DNA of 64,000 nucleotides from Devosia sp. CN2-171 (GTDB taxonomy: Bacteria > Pseudomonadota > Alphaproteobacteria > Rhizobiales > Devosiaceae): the NCBI RefSeq assembly GCF_049354815.1, contig NZ_CP186479.1, positions 2,997,419-3,061,418 on the forward strand, read 5' to 3'. The position numbers and the translations under genes are program-made. Shown here piece after piece: positions 40,388 through 50,086 of this stretch (positions are counted from its first letter, which is position 1; each line of letters begins with the position of its first letter). The notes beneath the pieces are model-generated. The model was not told the DNA's origin and ran no database searches. It worked only from the letters and a program-made list of their open reading frames with translations.

Positions 40388-41217
40388 AGCGTCGCCTCCA
40401 CCTTCTGGCGCAGCTCCGCCGTCACCTCCGGCCGCACCCCGAACCAGGCCTCGAAGCCGGGAACCGCCTGGTGCAGCAGCATGCCAAGCCCGTCGACGGT
40501 GCGAACCCCGACGGCTCGTGCATCGGCGAGAAGCGGCGTCATCAGAGGCACGTAGACGATATCGGTCACCAGCGCCGTCTCAGGCAGCAGGCCGAGGTCG
40601 AGATCGTCGAAGCGGGACTCGTGCATGCCGATCGAGGTGGTATTGACCAGGAGGTCGGCGCCACCGGCATAGAAGGCGAAGTCGCTAAGCCGGCCCGGCG
40701 TGAAGGGGCCGTCGATCTCCCGCGCCAGTGCCTCGGCCTTTTCGGGCGTGCGATTGAGCAGCACGATTTCCTTGAACCCCCGTTCGCGCAGGGCGACGAG
40801 GATGGCCCGGGCCGCGCCGCCGGCGCCGAGGACGATGGCTCGACCCAGCCGTACGCTCCAGCCTGGGGCGTTCTGGTCGAGATTGCCGAGAAAGCCCATG
40901 TAGTCGGTGTTGAAGCCGCGGATGCGGCCGCCTTCTTCACGCACCAGCGTATTCACCGCACCGATCGTTTCGGCCAGCGGGTCGATGCTGTCGCAGAGGC
41001 GGAACACCTCCTCCTTGTGGGGAATGGTCACATTGCCGCCGACAAACTCGCCGGCCCGTACGCGCCCAACGAACCCGGCCAGATCGTCCGGCGCCACATC
41101 TATGGCGTCATAACTTCCGGCAATTGCGTGCTCGGCCAGCCAGGTGCCGTGGATCAGCGGCGAGCGCGAGTGCCTTATGGGATGGCCGATGACGAAGGCT
41201 TTTTTCACGTGAATCAT
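40384..41217 (-). CDS. aroE: shikimate dehydrogenase
   Basis: GAGGAARAI Rossmann motif and an NRT motif. The start codon is embedded in a parS site. Confidence 0.9.
   Translation of the reverse strand: MIHVKKAFVIGHPIRHSRSPLIHGTWLAEHAIAGSYDAIDVAPDDLAGFVGRVRAGEFVGGNVTIPHKEEVFRLCDSIDPLAETIGAVNTLVREEGGRIRGFNTDYMGFLGNLDQNAPGWSVRLGRAIVLGAGGAARAILVALRERGFKEIVLLNRTPEKAEALAREIDGPFTPGRLSDFAFYAGGADLLVNTTSIGMHESRFDDLDLGLLPETALVTDIVYVPLMTPLLADARAVGVRTVDGLGMLLHQAVPGFEAWFGVRPEVTAELRQKVEATL
41201..41216. promoter_or_regulatory. parS-like site TTTTTCACGTGAATCA (14/16), overlapping the aroE start codon
   Basis: Read directly. Encodes MIHVK at the aroE N-terminus. Confidence 0.65.
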
Positions 41218-41835
41218 TTTCCGAAAACGTCGGGGGCATGGAGCCGCAAGGCACCAAGCAAAGGCAAGAGTGGCAGCCCAAGGATGGTGAAATAGTCGCC
41301 TTCGACCCGTTCGAACAGGCGGATGGACGGACCTTCAAGCCGATAGCCGCCCACCGATCCGAGTACCGCTTCACCTTCCAGCGCCAGAATCTCGTCCCGT
41401 TCGGACGGCGAGAAGTCCCGCATGGTCAACCTTGCTGTCTCGACTACCGACCACAATACCGTGCCGTTTCGAGCCAGTGCGACGCCGGAATGCAGGTGAT
41501 GTGTCCGGCCACGAAGACGATCGAGCTGTCGGGCCGCTTCTCTCAGATCGACCGGTTTGTGCAGGATACTGGCCGCCAATTCCGGGCGGGGGCCGTCCGC
41601 CTCAGCCAGCACCTGATCCGCCCCGATCACCACTCCCTCCGGCCGAGTCGCCGAAACCGTCAACGCCTTCGCCTCAGCCAGCCGACGGGCGACGGCGACC
41701 GCATCGCCACCTTTCCCCAGCACTTCGGCTTCCACTGCCCGTTCGTCGATTTCCGCTGGACTCGCCTCGAATCGGAGCCCGACCCCCGCCAACAGGGCGT
41801 TTCGCGCGGCACTCTTTGAAGCAAGGATCAGCATG
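41214..41835 (-). CDS. maf: Maf-like nucleoside triphosphate pyrophosphatase
   Basis: MLILASKSAARNALL... typical Maf N-terminus. The longer upstream extension (to 41942) is possible. Confidence 0.78.
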
Positions 41836-41879
41836 CCCGGGGTTTTCCACATTGTGCTTGCTGGCTCAAGTTGGCCCTC

Positions 41880-41888
41880 GGTGGATAA
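41880..41888 (-). promoter_or_regulatory. DnaA box-like 9-mer TTATCCACC (8/9 to TTATCCACA)
   Basis: Read directly. Confidence 0.5.
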
Positions 41889-41963
41889 CCAACCCGGCAC
41901 GGCGTCATCCCAACTTGTCCCCGCTCGGACGAAATCCATCAACAGGCGGCGGCGTGCAGATCG

Positions 41964-41978
41964 TTAACAGACCGTTAA
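41964..41978. promoter_or_regulatory. CtrA box TTAACAGACCGTTAA (TTAA-N7-TTAA)
   Basis: Read directly. Confidence 0.6.
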
Positions 41979-42061
41979 GGTGAGTTCCGGGGAAAACCCA
42001 TTGCGTATGCCGAGCCGTCGTCCACACACTCGTTAAGACTTTCTCAACCACTATGGCATGG

Positions 42062-42076
42062 TTAACGCCCCGTTAA
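42062..42076. promoter_or_regulatory. CtrA box TTAACGCCCCGTTAA (TTAA-N7-TTAA)
   Basis: Read directly. Confidence 0.6.
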
Positions 42077-42175
42077 TCCCGGTGACTCCCGCTCCTGTCC
42101 ACGGGCTCCACCGGCGCAGTTTGCACAGGCATCGCGAGCCACCCTGCCGCGCGCTTCTGTCGCCGCGATCCGCGT

Positions 42176-42184
42176 TGTGGAGAA
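42176..42184 (-). promoter_or_regulatory. DnaA box-like 9-mer TTCTCCACA (8/9)
   Basis: Read directly. Confidence 0.45.
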
Positions 42185-42209
42185 GGGTGAATTCCTGCAA
42201 AACACCGCC

Positions 42210-42248
42210 ATGATAATACAAATGAAGAATCTAGATTCTTTTGGTTGG
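42210..42248. promoter_or_regulatory. AT-rich stretch (candidate DNA-unwinding element and hemE promoter) with two GANTC sites
   Basis: TGATAATACAAATGAAGAATCTAGATTCTTTTGGTTGG is far below the local GC content. Confidence 0.5.
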
Positions 42249-42262
42249 AAGGGACGGCAGCC

Positions 42263-43294
42263 GTGAACCCGGTGCTAAAACCCCTTCTCGAGACGGTTCG
42301 TGGCAAACGCCAGGACCGGCTCCCCATCTGGATCATGCGGCAAGCCGGACGCTACCTGCCGGAGTACCGCGAGCTGCGCGCCAGGGCCGGCAGCTTCCTC
42401 GATCTTTGCTACACCCCGGAACTGGCTGCCGAAGTAACGCTCCAGCCGCTGCGGCGCTTCGATCTCGATGCGGCGATCCTCTTTTCCGATATTCTCGTCA
42501 TTCCCGATGCGCTCGGCCAGACCGTGCGCTTCGAAGTGGGCGAAGGACCACAGCTCGAGCCCATCACCGCCATGACGCTCGATCGGCTCGATCCCGAAAC
42601 GGCTCTGGAGAAGCTGAACCCGATCATCGAGACTGTTCGCCGGGTACGTGCTGGTCTCAGTCCAGACAAGACCCTGATCGGCTTCTGCGGCTCCCCCTGG
42701 ACCGTTGCCACCTACATGATCGGCGGTCGCGGCTCCTCCGACCAGGCTGCGGCGCGTGTCTTTGCGCTGACCCAGCCGGTCGCCTTTGCCCGGCTCATCG
42801 ACATCCTCGTCGATACGAGCGTCGAATACCTGGCGGCCCAGTTCCGCGCCGGCGCCGATGTGGTGCAGCTGTTCGAGAGCTGGGCGATGAACCTTGACGA
42901 AGTCGCTTTCGACAGATGGGTGATCGAACCGAACCGGCGGATCGTCGAGGGCCTGCGCCGGGAAATCCCCGATGCGCCGGTCATCGGTTTTCCGCGCGGT
43001 GCAGCCGGGAACCTGCCGGCCTATGCCGCGCGGACCAAAGTTAACCTCCTCGGCCTCGATTACGGCACGCCCCTCGCCTTCGCGCAAAACCTGCCAGCCG
43101 GTCTCGGCGTCCAGGGCAATCTCGATCCGCTGCGGCTATTGGCGGGCGGCGAACAGATGGACGATCGCATCCGGCAGATCGTTGCCGGCTTCCGTGACCG
43201 GCCGCACATCTTCAACCTCGGCCACGGCATCGTGCCGGAAACGCCGATCGCACATGTCGAGCGCCTGATCGAAGTGGCGCGTGGAGCTTTTTGA
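42263..43294 (+). CDS. hemE: uroporphyrinogen decarboxylase
   Basis: PIWIMRQAGRYLPEY signature. GTG start at 42263 preferred over TTG at 42245. Confidence 0.9.
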   Translation: MNPVLKPLLETVRGKRQDRLPIWIMRQAGRYLPEYRELRARAGSFLDLCYTPELAAEVTLQPLRRFDLDAAILFSDILVIPDALGQTVRFEVGEGPQLEPITAMTLDRLDPETALEKLNPIIETVRRVRAGLSPDKTLIGFCGSPWTVATYMIGGRGSSDQAAARVFALTQPVAFARLIDILVDTSVEYLAAQFRAGADVVQLFESWAMNLDEVAFDRWVIEPNRRIVEGLRREIPDAPVIGFPRGAAGNLPAYAARTKVNLLGLDYGTPLAFAQNLPAGLGVQGNLDPLRLLAGGEQMDDRIRQIVAGFRDRPHIFNLGHGIVPETPIAHVERLIEVARGAF

Positions 43295-43295
43295 G

Positions 43296-43721
43296 ATGGA
43301 ATGGGTCAAGGCGCTGCATATCCTGAGCGTCATCGCCTGGATGGCGGGGATGCTCTATCTGCCGCGGCTCTTCGTCTATCACGCCGATGCCGAGAAGGGT
43401 GGCGTGCAGTCCGAGACGTTCAAGGTGATGGAGCGCCGCCTTTATCGCGGCATCACCACGCCGGCGATGATCGCCGCCTGGATCTTTGGCCTGTGGCTTG
43501 CCTTCGGCTTCGGCCTGGTCGATTTCAGTCAGGGCTGGATGTGGCTCAAGGCGCTGATGGTGCTGATCCTCAGTGGCATTCACGGCTATTACGGCCGGAT
43601 ACTCCGCGATTTCGCCCACGACCGGAACACGCGCTCGTCAAAATTCTTCCGGGCGATCAACGAAATCCCCTTCGTCATCGCCATCGTCATCGTCATCTCG
43701 GTGGTGGTGAAGCCGTTCTAG
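43296..43721 (+). CDS. hemJ: protoporphyrinogen IX oxidase HemJ (UPF0093 membrane protein)
   Basis: WVKALHILSVIAWMAGMLYLPRLFVYH... HemJ family. Adjacent to hemE. Confidence 0.8.
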   Translation: MEWVKALHILSVIAWMAGMLYLPRLFVYHADAEKGGVQSETFKVMERRLYRGITTPAMIAAWIFGLWLAFGFGLVDFSQGWMWLKALMVLILSGIHGYYGRILRDFAHDRNTRSSKFFRAINEIPFVIAIVIVISVVVKPF

Positions 43722-43741
43722 GTCGGTGGCCGTTGCCAGTC

Positions 43742-43757
43742 CGTTTCACGTGAATCC
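43742..43757. promoter_or_regulatory. parS-like site CGTTTCACGTGAATCC (13/16)
   Basis: In the hemJ-rho intergenic region. Confidence 0.65.
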
Positions 43758-43896
43758 GTTCGGCACTTGAATGTAACAGCGCTTTTGGCTATCTGAGTGC
43801 CAGCCTGATTGTTGGGCGCCTCCCCGGCGCTTTCCGGGCCACCCACCTCCCCTTCGATATCTCCCGCCACTTCGTCCCCAAGGGTCCTTACGCGCA

Positions 43897-45162
43897 ATGG
43901 AAAGTATCAAGCTCAGCGAGCTGAAGGCCAAGACGCCTGCCGAACTGCTCGAGTTCGCCGAGACCTATGACGTCGAGAGTGCCTCGACGCTGCGCAAGCA
44001 GGAACTGATGTTCGCCATCCTCAAGGAGCTGGCGGCACGCGAAGTCGATATCACCGGCGAAGGCGTGGTTGAGGTTCTGCCGGACGGCTTCGGCTTCCTC
44101 CGCTCGCCTGATGCGAACTACCTGCCGGGCCCGGACGACATCTACGTCTCCCCGAGCCAGATCCGCCGCTTCTCGCTGAGGACCGGCGACACGGTCGAGG
44201 GCCAGATTCGCTCTCCCAAGGAAGGCGAGCGCTATTTTGCGCTGCTCAAGGTCAACACCATCAACTTCGAGGACCCCGAAAAGGTCCGCCACAAGATCAA
44301 CTTCGACAACCTGACGCCACTCTATCCCGATGAGCGCCTGCGCCTCGAGCTGCCGGACCCGACCAACAAGGACAAGAGCGCCAGGATCATGGATCTGGTG
44401 GCGCCGCTCGGCAAAGGCCAGCGTGCCCTGATCGTTGCGCCACCGCGTACCGGTAAGACCGTACTGTTGCAGAATATCGCACAGTCGATCGCCATCAATC
44501 ACCCCGAGTGCTACCTCATCGTGCTGCTCATCGATGAGCGCCCCGAGGAAGTCACCGACATGCAGCGTTCGGTGAAGGGCGAGGTCATCTCCTCGACCTT
44601 CGATGAGCCGGCCTCGCGCCACGTCCAGGTCGCCGAAATGGTGATCGAGAAGGCAAAACGCCTCGTCGAGCACAAGCGCGACGTGGTCATCCTGCTCGAC
44701 TCGATCACCCGCCTCGGCCGCGCCTACAACACCGTGGTGCCGTCGTCCGGCAAGGTGCTGACCGGCGGTGTCGACGCCAACGCTCTGCAGCGTCCCAAGC
44801 GCTTCTTCGGCGCCGCCCGCAACATCGAAGATGGCGGCTCGCTCACCATCATCGCCACGGCGCTGATCGATACCGGCAGCCGCATGGACGAAGTGATCTT
44901 CGAAGAGTTCAAGGGTACCGGTAACTCCGAAATCATCCTTGATCGCAAGGTCTCGGACAAGCGCATCTTCCCGGCGATGGACGTCACCAAGTCCGGCACC
45001 CGCAAGGAAGAGCTGCTGGTCGAACCGGATATTCTGCGCAAGATGTACGTCCTCCGCCGTATCCTCAACCCGATGGGCACGGTCGACGCGATGGAGTTCC
45101 TGATGGACAAGATCCGTCAGACCAAGACGAACTCCGATTTCTTCGACTCGATGAATACCTAA
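43897..45162 (+). CDS. rho: transcription termination factor Rho
   Basis: 421 aa with an RNA-binding N-terminal domain and Walker [18 protein letters not shown]. Confidence 0.95.
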   Translation: MESIKLSELKAKTPAELLEFAETYDVESASTLRKQELMFAILKELAAREVDITGEGVVEVLPDGFGFLRSPDANYLPGPDDIYVSPSQIRRFSLRTGDTVEGQIRSPKEGERYFALLKVNTINFEDPEKVRHKINFDNLTPLYPDERLRLELPDPTNKDKSARIMDLVAPLGKGQRALIVAPPRTGKTVLLQNIAQSIAINHPECYLIVLLIDERPEEVTDMQRSVKGEVISSTFDEPASRHVQVAEMVIEKAKRLVEHKRDVVILLDSITRLGRAYNTVVPSSGKVLTGGVDANALQRPKRFFGAARNIEDGGSLTIIATALIDTGSRMDEVIFEEFKGTGNSEIILDRKVSDKRIFPAMDVTKSGTRKEELLVEPDILRKMYVLRRILNPMGTVDAMEFLMDKIRQTKTNSDFFDSMNT

Positions 45163-45291
45163 CGGTTGAAGCCGGCGTGACCTCCACCTGGCTTCTCACC
45201 CTCATCGTCGTCATCCCCGCGAAAGTGGGGATCATCCATCGTGCAGCGCGCACAGCGTGGGCCTTGGCCCTGATGCCTGAAGAAGCTGCAC

Positions 45292-46617
45292 ATGCGTAGC
45301 GATGACACCATCGTCGCCCTGTCCTCAGGCTCCGTTCCCTCGGGCGTCGCCATCATCCGGTTCTCGGGCCCGGCAGCCGGTCGGGTTCTAATCGAGATGC
45401 TCGGCGCCCTCCCCGAACCCCGACGCCTGACCCTTGCCGACATCCGCCTCGACGGCGAAACTCTCGATCGAGGCCTCATCGCCTGGATGCCCGGCCCCAA
45501 CAGCTTCACCGGCGAAGATTGCGCCGAACTCCAGGTGCACGGCTCGCCGGCCGTCGTCCGCGTAATCCTTCGCCGGCTCAGCTCACAATCTGGCATCAGG
45601 CTGGCCGAAGCCGGGGAATTCACCCGCCGCGCTTTCGAGAACGGCAAGCTCGATCTCGTCGAAGCCCAGGGCCTCGGGGATCTGATCGAGGCCGAAACCG
45701 AGAATCAGCGCGCCCTGGCCTATTCGCGCATGGAGGGTGGGCTGACCCGGCAGGTCGAAGGCTGGCGCGAGCGCCTGCTGGATCTCCGTGCCGAGATCGA
45801 AGCACAGCTCGATTTCTCTGACGAAGGCGACGTCGGTGCGCTTCCCGATACTTTTGCCGCCGAGGTTGAGGCGCTGAATGACGATATTGGCGACGTGCTG
45901 GCGACGCGCGGCCAGGGCCGAATCCTGCGGAGCGGCTTTCGTGTTGTGCTCGCGGGTCCGCCGAACGCCGGCAAGTCGAGCCTGCTTAATGCCCTGTCTC
46001 GTTCAGAGGTGGCCATCGTCTCCGATGAGCCGGGCACCACGCGCGACCTCAAGGAAGCACCGCTCGACGTCCACGGCCAACTCATCATCCTGATCGATAG
46101 CGCCGGCCTGAGGGATACGAGTTCGAAAGCCGAAGCGATCGGTGTCGAACGGGCGAAGCAGGCGATGATCGGAGCAGATCAGGTGCTTTGGCTACAGGCC
46201 CCGGATATCGCGGCGGTCCTCCCACCGATTTTTCCCGAGTTCGACACAGAGCCCTGGCGACGCCCGCCGATCATGATTGTCGGCACGAAGGCCGATATCG
46301 GGTTGGTAGAAGGTGCGCACCTGTCCGTTTCCGTCACAACCGGGGAAGGCATAGAGGCACTGCTGGACAAGCTCTACGAAGTATCAGGAGCTGGCTCCGT
46401 TCAGGCCTCGGAGCTGCTGGTGAGCCACGAGCGGGATCGCGAGGCCCTGCTGGGGGCTGTCATGGCGCTGGCGCGAGTTTCGGAACAGTTGGACAATCCA
46501 GAACTGGCTGCTGAGGAGTTGCGGGCCGCGTCCTATGCGCTCGAGCGACTGCTTGGCCGCATGGATGCGGAGTCGGTGCTCGACCGTCTGTTCAGCGCCT
46601 TTTGCATCGGCAAGTGA
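45292..46617 (+). CDS. mnmE: tRNA modification GTPase MnmE (TrmE)
   Basis: G-domain GPPNAGKSSLLN, DEPGTTRD and a C-terminal CIGK motif. The stop codon is part of a parS site. Confidence 0.93.
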   Translation: MRSDDTIVALSSGSVPSGVAIIRFSGPAAGRVLIEMLGALPEPRRLTLADIRLDGETLDRGLIAWMPGPNSFTGEDCAELQVHGSPAVVRVILRRLSSQSGIRLAEAGEFTRRAFENGKLDLVEAQGLGDLIEAETENQRALAYSRMEGGLTRQVEGWRERLLDLRAEIEAQLDFSDEGDVGALPDTFAAEVEALNDDIGDVLATRGQGRILRSGFRVVLAGPPNAGKSSLLNALSRSEVAIVSDEPGTTRDLKEAPLDVHGQLIILIDSAGLRDTSSKAEAIGVERAKQAMIGADQVLWLQAPDIAAVLPPIFPEFDTEPWRRPPIMIVGTKADIGLVEGAHLSVSVTTGEGIEALLDKLYEVSGAGSVQASELLVSHERDREALLGAVMALARVSEQLDNPELAAEELRAASYALERLLGRMDAESVLDRLFSAFCIGK

Positions 46618-46630
46618 TTCACGTGAAACG
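46615..46630. promoter_or_regulatory. parS-like site TGATTCACGTGAAACG (14/16), contains the mnmE stop codon
   Basis: Read directly. Confidence 0.7.
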
Positions 46631-46686
46631 TCGGGTAGGCGCCATGAGAGCTGCACCCGCATGGCAGCCCGGCCGCCCCGCCCGGT

Positions 46687-46702
46687 TGATTCACGTGAAA
46701 CA
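46687..46702. promoter_or_regulatory. parS site TGATTCACGTGAAACA (15/16)
   Basis: In the mnmE-mnmG intergenic region. Confidence 0.75.
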
Positions 46703-46743
46703 GTGGCGTAGACCCCCCTTCCTCATCAAGGAAAGTTGGTTGG

Positions 46744-48606
46744 ATGAGCGATTTCGGCGTCATTGTCGTCGGCGGTGGTCACGCGGGGTCTGAAGCCGCG
46801 GCGGCATCCGCACGCCTCGGTGTTCCCACGGCGCTGATCACCCACAAGTTCGCCACCATCGGCGAGATGAGCTGCAATCCGGCCATCGGCGGGCTCGGCA
46901 AGGGCCATCTGGTGCGCGAGATCGACGCCATGGACGGGCTGATGGGCAGCGTTGCGGACGCCGCCGGCATCCAGTTTCGTGTCCTCAACCGCCGCAAGGG
47001 CCCGGCAGTGCGTGGTCCCCGCGCCCAGGCCGATCGCAAGCTCTACAAGGCGGCGATGCAGGCGGCCATCACCAGGCAGCCCAATCTCACCGTCATCGAA
47101 GGCGAGGTTGACGACCTGATCGTCGAGAATGGCCGCATCGCCGGCGCCGTGCTGCTCGACGGGCGCCGGTTCGGCGCCAAGGCGGTCGTGCTTACCACCG
47201 GCACGTTTCTGCGCGGCCTCATCCACCGCGGCGAGGAGACCATCCCGGCCGGTCGCGTCGGCGAGAAGCCGGTGCTTGGGCTCTCCACCCGCCTCGAAGC
47301 GCTGGGTCTGCAGCTCGGCCGGCTGAAGACCGGGACGCCGGCGCGGCTCGACGCGACCTCCATCGACTTCTCCGGGCTCGAAGAACAGCAGGGCGACGAT
47401 CCACCGGAACCGTTCTCGGCATTGACGACCACAATCACCACGCCGCAGGTCAGCTGCTTCATCACCCGCACGACGGCCGAGACGCATCGCATCATAGCGG
47501 ACAATCTTCACCGCTCGGCCATGTATTCCGGCCGCATCAAGAGCCGCGGGCCGCGCTACTGCCCGTCGATCGAGGACAAGATCGTCCGCTTCGCCGATCG
47601 GGAGAGCCACCAGATCTTTCTCGAGCCGGAGGGGCTCGATGACCCGACGATCTATCCCAATGGGCTGTCCACCTCGCTGCCGGCAGAGGTCCAGGAGGCG
47701 TTCCTCAAGTCCATGCCGGGCCTCGAGAATGTCCGGATCATCCGCCCCGGCTATGCCATTGAGTACGACTACGTCGATCCGCGCGAACTGACCCCGACGC
47801 TCGAGCTGAAGCGCCTGCCTGGCCTCTATCTCGCCGGCCAGATCAACGGAACAACGGGCTATGAAGAGGCCGCGGCGCAGGGGCTTTACGCTGGTGCCAA
47901 TGCCGGCCTCACCACCAGGGGCGATGTTCCGCTGCGCCTGTCGCGCACCGAGAGCTATCTCGGCGTCATGGTCGACGACCTCGTGACTCGCGGCGTTTCC
48001 GAGCCTTACCGCATGTTCACTTCGCGCGCAGAGTTCCGGCTGCACCTCAGAAGTGACAATGCCGACCAGCGACTTACGCCGACGGCGGTGGCCGCGGGCC
48101 TCGTCGGCGATGAGCGGCGGGAGCGTTTCGAAGAGAAGCGTGCCGCTCTCACGAGCGGGCGGAAGCTGCTCGACACGTTGACGGTCTCTCCGACGACGGC
48201 ACGGAAGGCTGGTTTGGCGGTGAACGCCGACGGACAGCAGCGAAGCGCTTTCGAGCTGCTCTCCTATCCGGAGATGTCCGCTGAGCAACTGCTGCCCCTC
48301 TGGCCCGAGCTGGGCGGTGTGTCGCTGGCGATCATGGAGCAGCTGTCGATCGACGCGCAGTATGCGGTGTATCTCGACCGTCAGCAGGCCGATATCCTCG
48401 CGATGAAGCGGGACGAGAGTCGCGACATTCCGGGCTGGCTGGACTATTCGGCGCTGCCGGGCCTGTCGATGGAGCTGCGCCAGAAGCTTTCGGAGCGGCG
48501 TCCCGCCACAATTGCGCAGGCCCAGGCGATTGACGGGGTCACTCCAGCGGCGATCACACTGCTCCTGTCTGTGATCCGTCGGGGCAGCTTGCGCCAGGCG
48601 GTTTGA
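46744..48606 (+). CDS. mnmG: tRNA uridine 5-carboxymethylaminomethyl modification enzyme MnmG (GidA)
   Basis: FAD-binding [14 protein letters not shown] and a SCNPAIGG motif. 620 aa. Confidence 0.95.
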   Translation: MSDFGVIVVGGGHAGSEAAAASARLGVPTALITHKFATIGEMSCNPAIGGLGKGHLVREIDAMDGLMGSVADAAGIQFRVLNRRKGPAVRGPRAQADRKLYKAAMQAAITRQPNLTVIEGEVDDLIVENGRIAGAVLLDGRRFGAKAVVLTTGTFLRGLIHRGEETIPAGRVGEKPVLGLSTRLEALGLQLGRLKTGTPARLDATSIDFSGLEEQQGDDPPEPFSALTTTITTPQVSCFITRTTAETHRIIADNLHRSAMYSGRIKSRGPRYCPSIEDKIVRFADRESHQIFLEPEGLDDPTIYPNGLSTSLPAEVQEAFLKSMPGLENVRIIRPGYAIEYDYVDPRELTPTLELKRLPGLYLAGQINGTTGYEEAAAQGLYAGANAGLTTRGDVPLRLSRTESYLGVMVDDLVTRGVSEPYRMFTSRAEFRLHLRSDNADQRLTPTAVAAGLVGDERRERFEEKRAALTSGRKLLDTLTVSPTTARKAGLAVNADGQQRSAFELLSYPEMSAEQLLPLWPELGGVSLAIMEQLSIDAQYAVYLDRQQADILAMKRDESRDIPGWLDYSALPGLSMELRQKLSERRPATIAQAQAIDGVTPAAITLLLSVIRRGSLRQAV

Positions 48607-49250
48607 TGGACGCAATCGACCGGCTTTCGGAGCATTTTCATCGGCCCGCCACCCTGGTGCGCACCGATCTGGAATCGTTTGCCACGCTGCTGCGCAAATG
48701 GAACGCTGTGCAGAATCTTGTTTCACGTGAAACAGAGTCGGCGCTGTGGGACCGGCACATCGTCGATTCCGTCCAGATTCTGCCGCTGCTTCGCCGCTCC
48801 GATGAACGCTTTCTGGACATCGGTTCAGGTGGCGGACTGCCGGCGATTCCGCTGGCCATTGCGCTAAAGGGTGGCCCGGCGAAGTTCCAGCTGGTCGAGC
48901 CGATCACCAAGAAGGTCGCCTTCCTGCGCCAGGCCATCCGCGAATTCGGCCTCGCGGCACAGGTGCATGCCGGCCGCAGCGACGATTTTGATTCACGTGA
49001 AACATCGCCGGTCGAGTTTGACGTGATCACCTCCCGCGCCCTCGCGGCGCTGCCGATGCTGCTGGGACTTATCCACCCCTTCTTTGGCCCGGAAACCCGC
49101 GCAATCCTGCACAAGGGGCGAGACTACGCGCGCGAACTCGAAGAAAGCCGTTTGGCCTGGGACTTTGACGTGGTATTAACCGACAGCGCCACGGAAATGG
49201 GCGCCGTATTGCTGCAGATCAGCAATTTGCGAATAAAACCAGTTAGTTAG
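48603..49250 (+). CDS. rsmG: 16S rRNA (guanine527-N7)-methyltransferase RsmG (GidB)
   Basis: SAM-binding [15 protein letters not shown]. Contains two in-frame parS sites. Confidence 0.9.
   Translation: MMDAIDRLSEHFHRPATLVRTDLESFATLLRKWNAVQNLVSRETESALWDRHIVDSVQILPLLRRSDERFLDIGSGGGLPAIPLAIALKGGPAKFQLVEPITKKVAFLRQAIREFGLAAQVHAGRSDDFDSRETSPVEFDVITSRALAALPMLLGLIHPFFGPETRAILHKGRDYARELEESRLAWDFDVVLTDSATEMGAVLLQISNLRIKPVS
48719..48734. promoter_or_regulatory. parS site TGTTTCACGTGAAACA (16/16, perfect palindrome), inside the rsmG CDS
   Basis: Read directly. Confidence 0.85.
48989..49004. promoter_or_regulatory. parS site TGATTCACGTGAAACA (15/16), inside the rsmG CDS
   Basis: Read directly. Confidence 0.8.
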
Positions 49251-49274
49251 CGGCAATGCTCGGAGGCCGTAGCC

Positions 49275-50075
49275 TTGGCTCCTCGTATCCTGACCCTTGC
49301 CAACCAGAAGGGCGGAGTCGGTAAGACCACCACCGCCATCAACCTTGCGACCGCCCTCGCCGCCATCGGCGAGCGCGTGCTGATCGTTGATCTCGATCCA
49401 CAAGGCAATGCGTCCACCGGGCTCGGTATCAGCCGTCTCGGGCGCGACGTATCGAGTTATGACCTGCTGATGGGCGATGCCCGGGTGGCTGAAGCCGCCG
49501 TGATGACGAGTGTGCCCAACGTCGCGATCGTGCCCTCGACGCTCGACCTGCTCGGCGTCGAGTTGACAATCGCGCAGCAGGCCGATCGCGCCTTCCGGCT
49601 GCGCGACGCCTTCAAGGCCATGCATGAGCTGACCATCAATGGCCAGCATGTCAGCTACGTGCTGATCGATTGCCCGCCCTCGCTTAACCTGTTGACGATC
49701 AACGCACTTGTGGCTGCCGATGCGGTGTTGGTGCCGCTGCAGTGCGAGTTTTTTGCACTCGAGGGCATGAGCCAGCTGCTGCAGACGATCGAGCAGATCC
49801 GCTCGACGCTCAACCCACGGCTCAGCATCCAGGGCGTAGTGATGACCATGTTCGATCGGCGCAACAATCTCAGCGAGCAGGTGCTGCAGGACGTGCGATC
49901 GGAGATGGGATCGCTGGTTTACGATACTGTGATACCGCGCAATGTCCGGCTCTCCGAAGCGCCATCCTACGGCAAGCCGGCACTGCTCTACGACCTCAAA
50001 TGCGCAGGCAGCCAAGCGTATCTCCGCCTTGCCACCGAGGTGATCCGGCGCGAGCGGCAGCTCGTAGCGGCATGA
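49275..50075 (+). CDS. parA: chromosome partitioning ATPase ParA (Soj)
   Basis: Deviant Walker A KGGVGKTT. TTG start. Confidence 0.93.
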   Translation: MAPRILTLANQKGGVGKTTTAINLATALAAIGERVLIVDLDPQGNASTGLGISRLGRDVSSYDLLMGDARVAEAAVMTSVPNVAIVPSTLDLLGVELTIAQQADRAFRLRDAFKAMHELTINGQHVSYVLIDCPPSLNLLTINALVAADAVLVPLQCEFFALEGMSQLLQTIEQIRSTLNPRLSIQGVVMTMFDRRNNLSEQVLQDVRSEMGSLVYDTVIPRNVRLSEAPSYGKPALLYDLKCAGSQAYLRLATEVIRRERQLVAA

Positions 50076-50086
50076 AGGAACTTGCA

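Larger units (their letters stand above)
41836..42262. promoter_or_regulatory. putative chromosomal replication origin (Cori-like), also the hemE promoter region
   Basis: Conserved alphaproteobacterial position next to hemE. Contains two TTAA-N7-TTAA CtrA boxes, DnaA-box-like 9-mers (TTATCCACC, TTCTCCACA), GANTC sites and an AT-rich run directly upstream of hemE. Confidence 0.65.
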
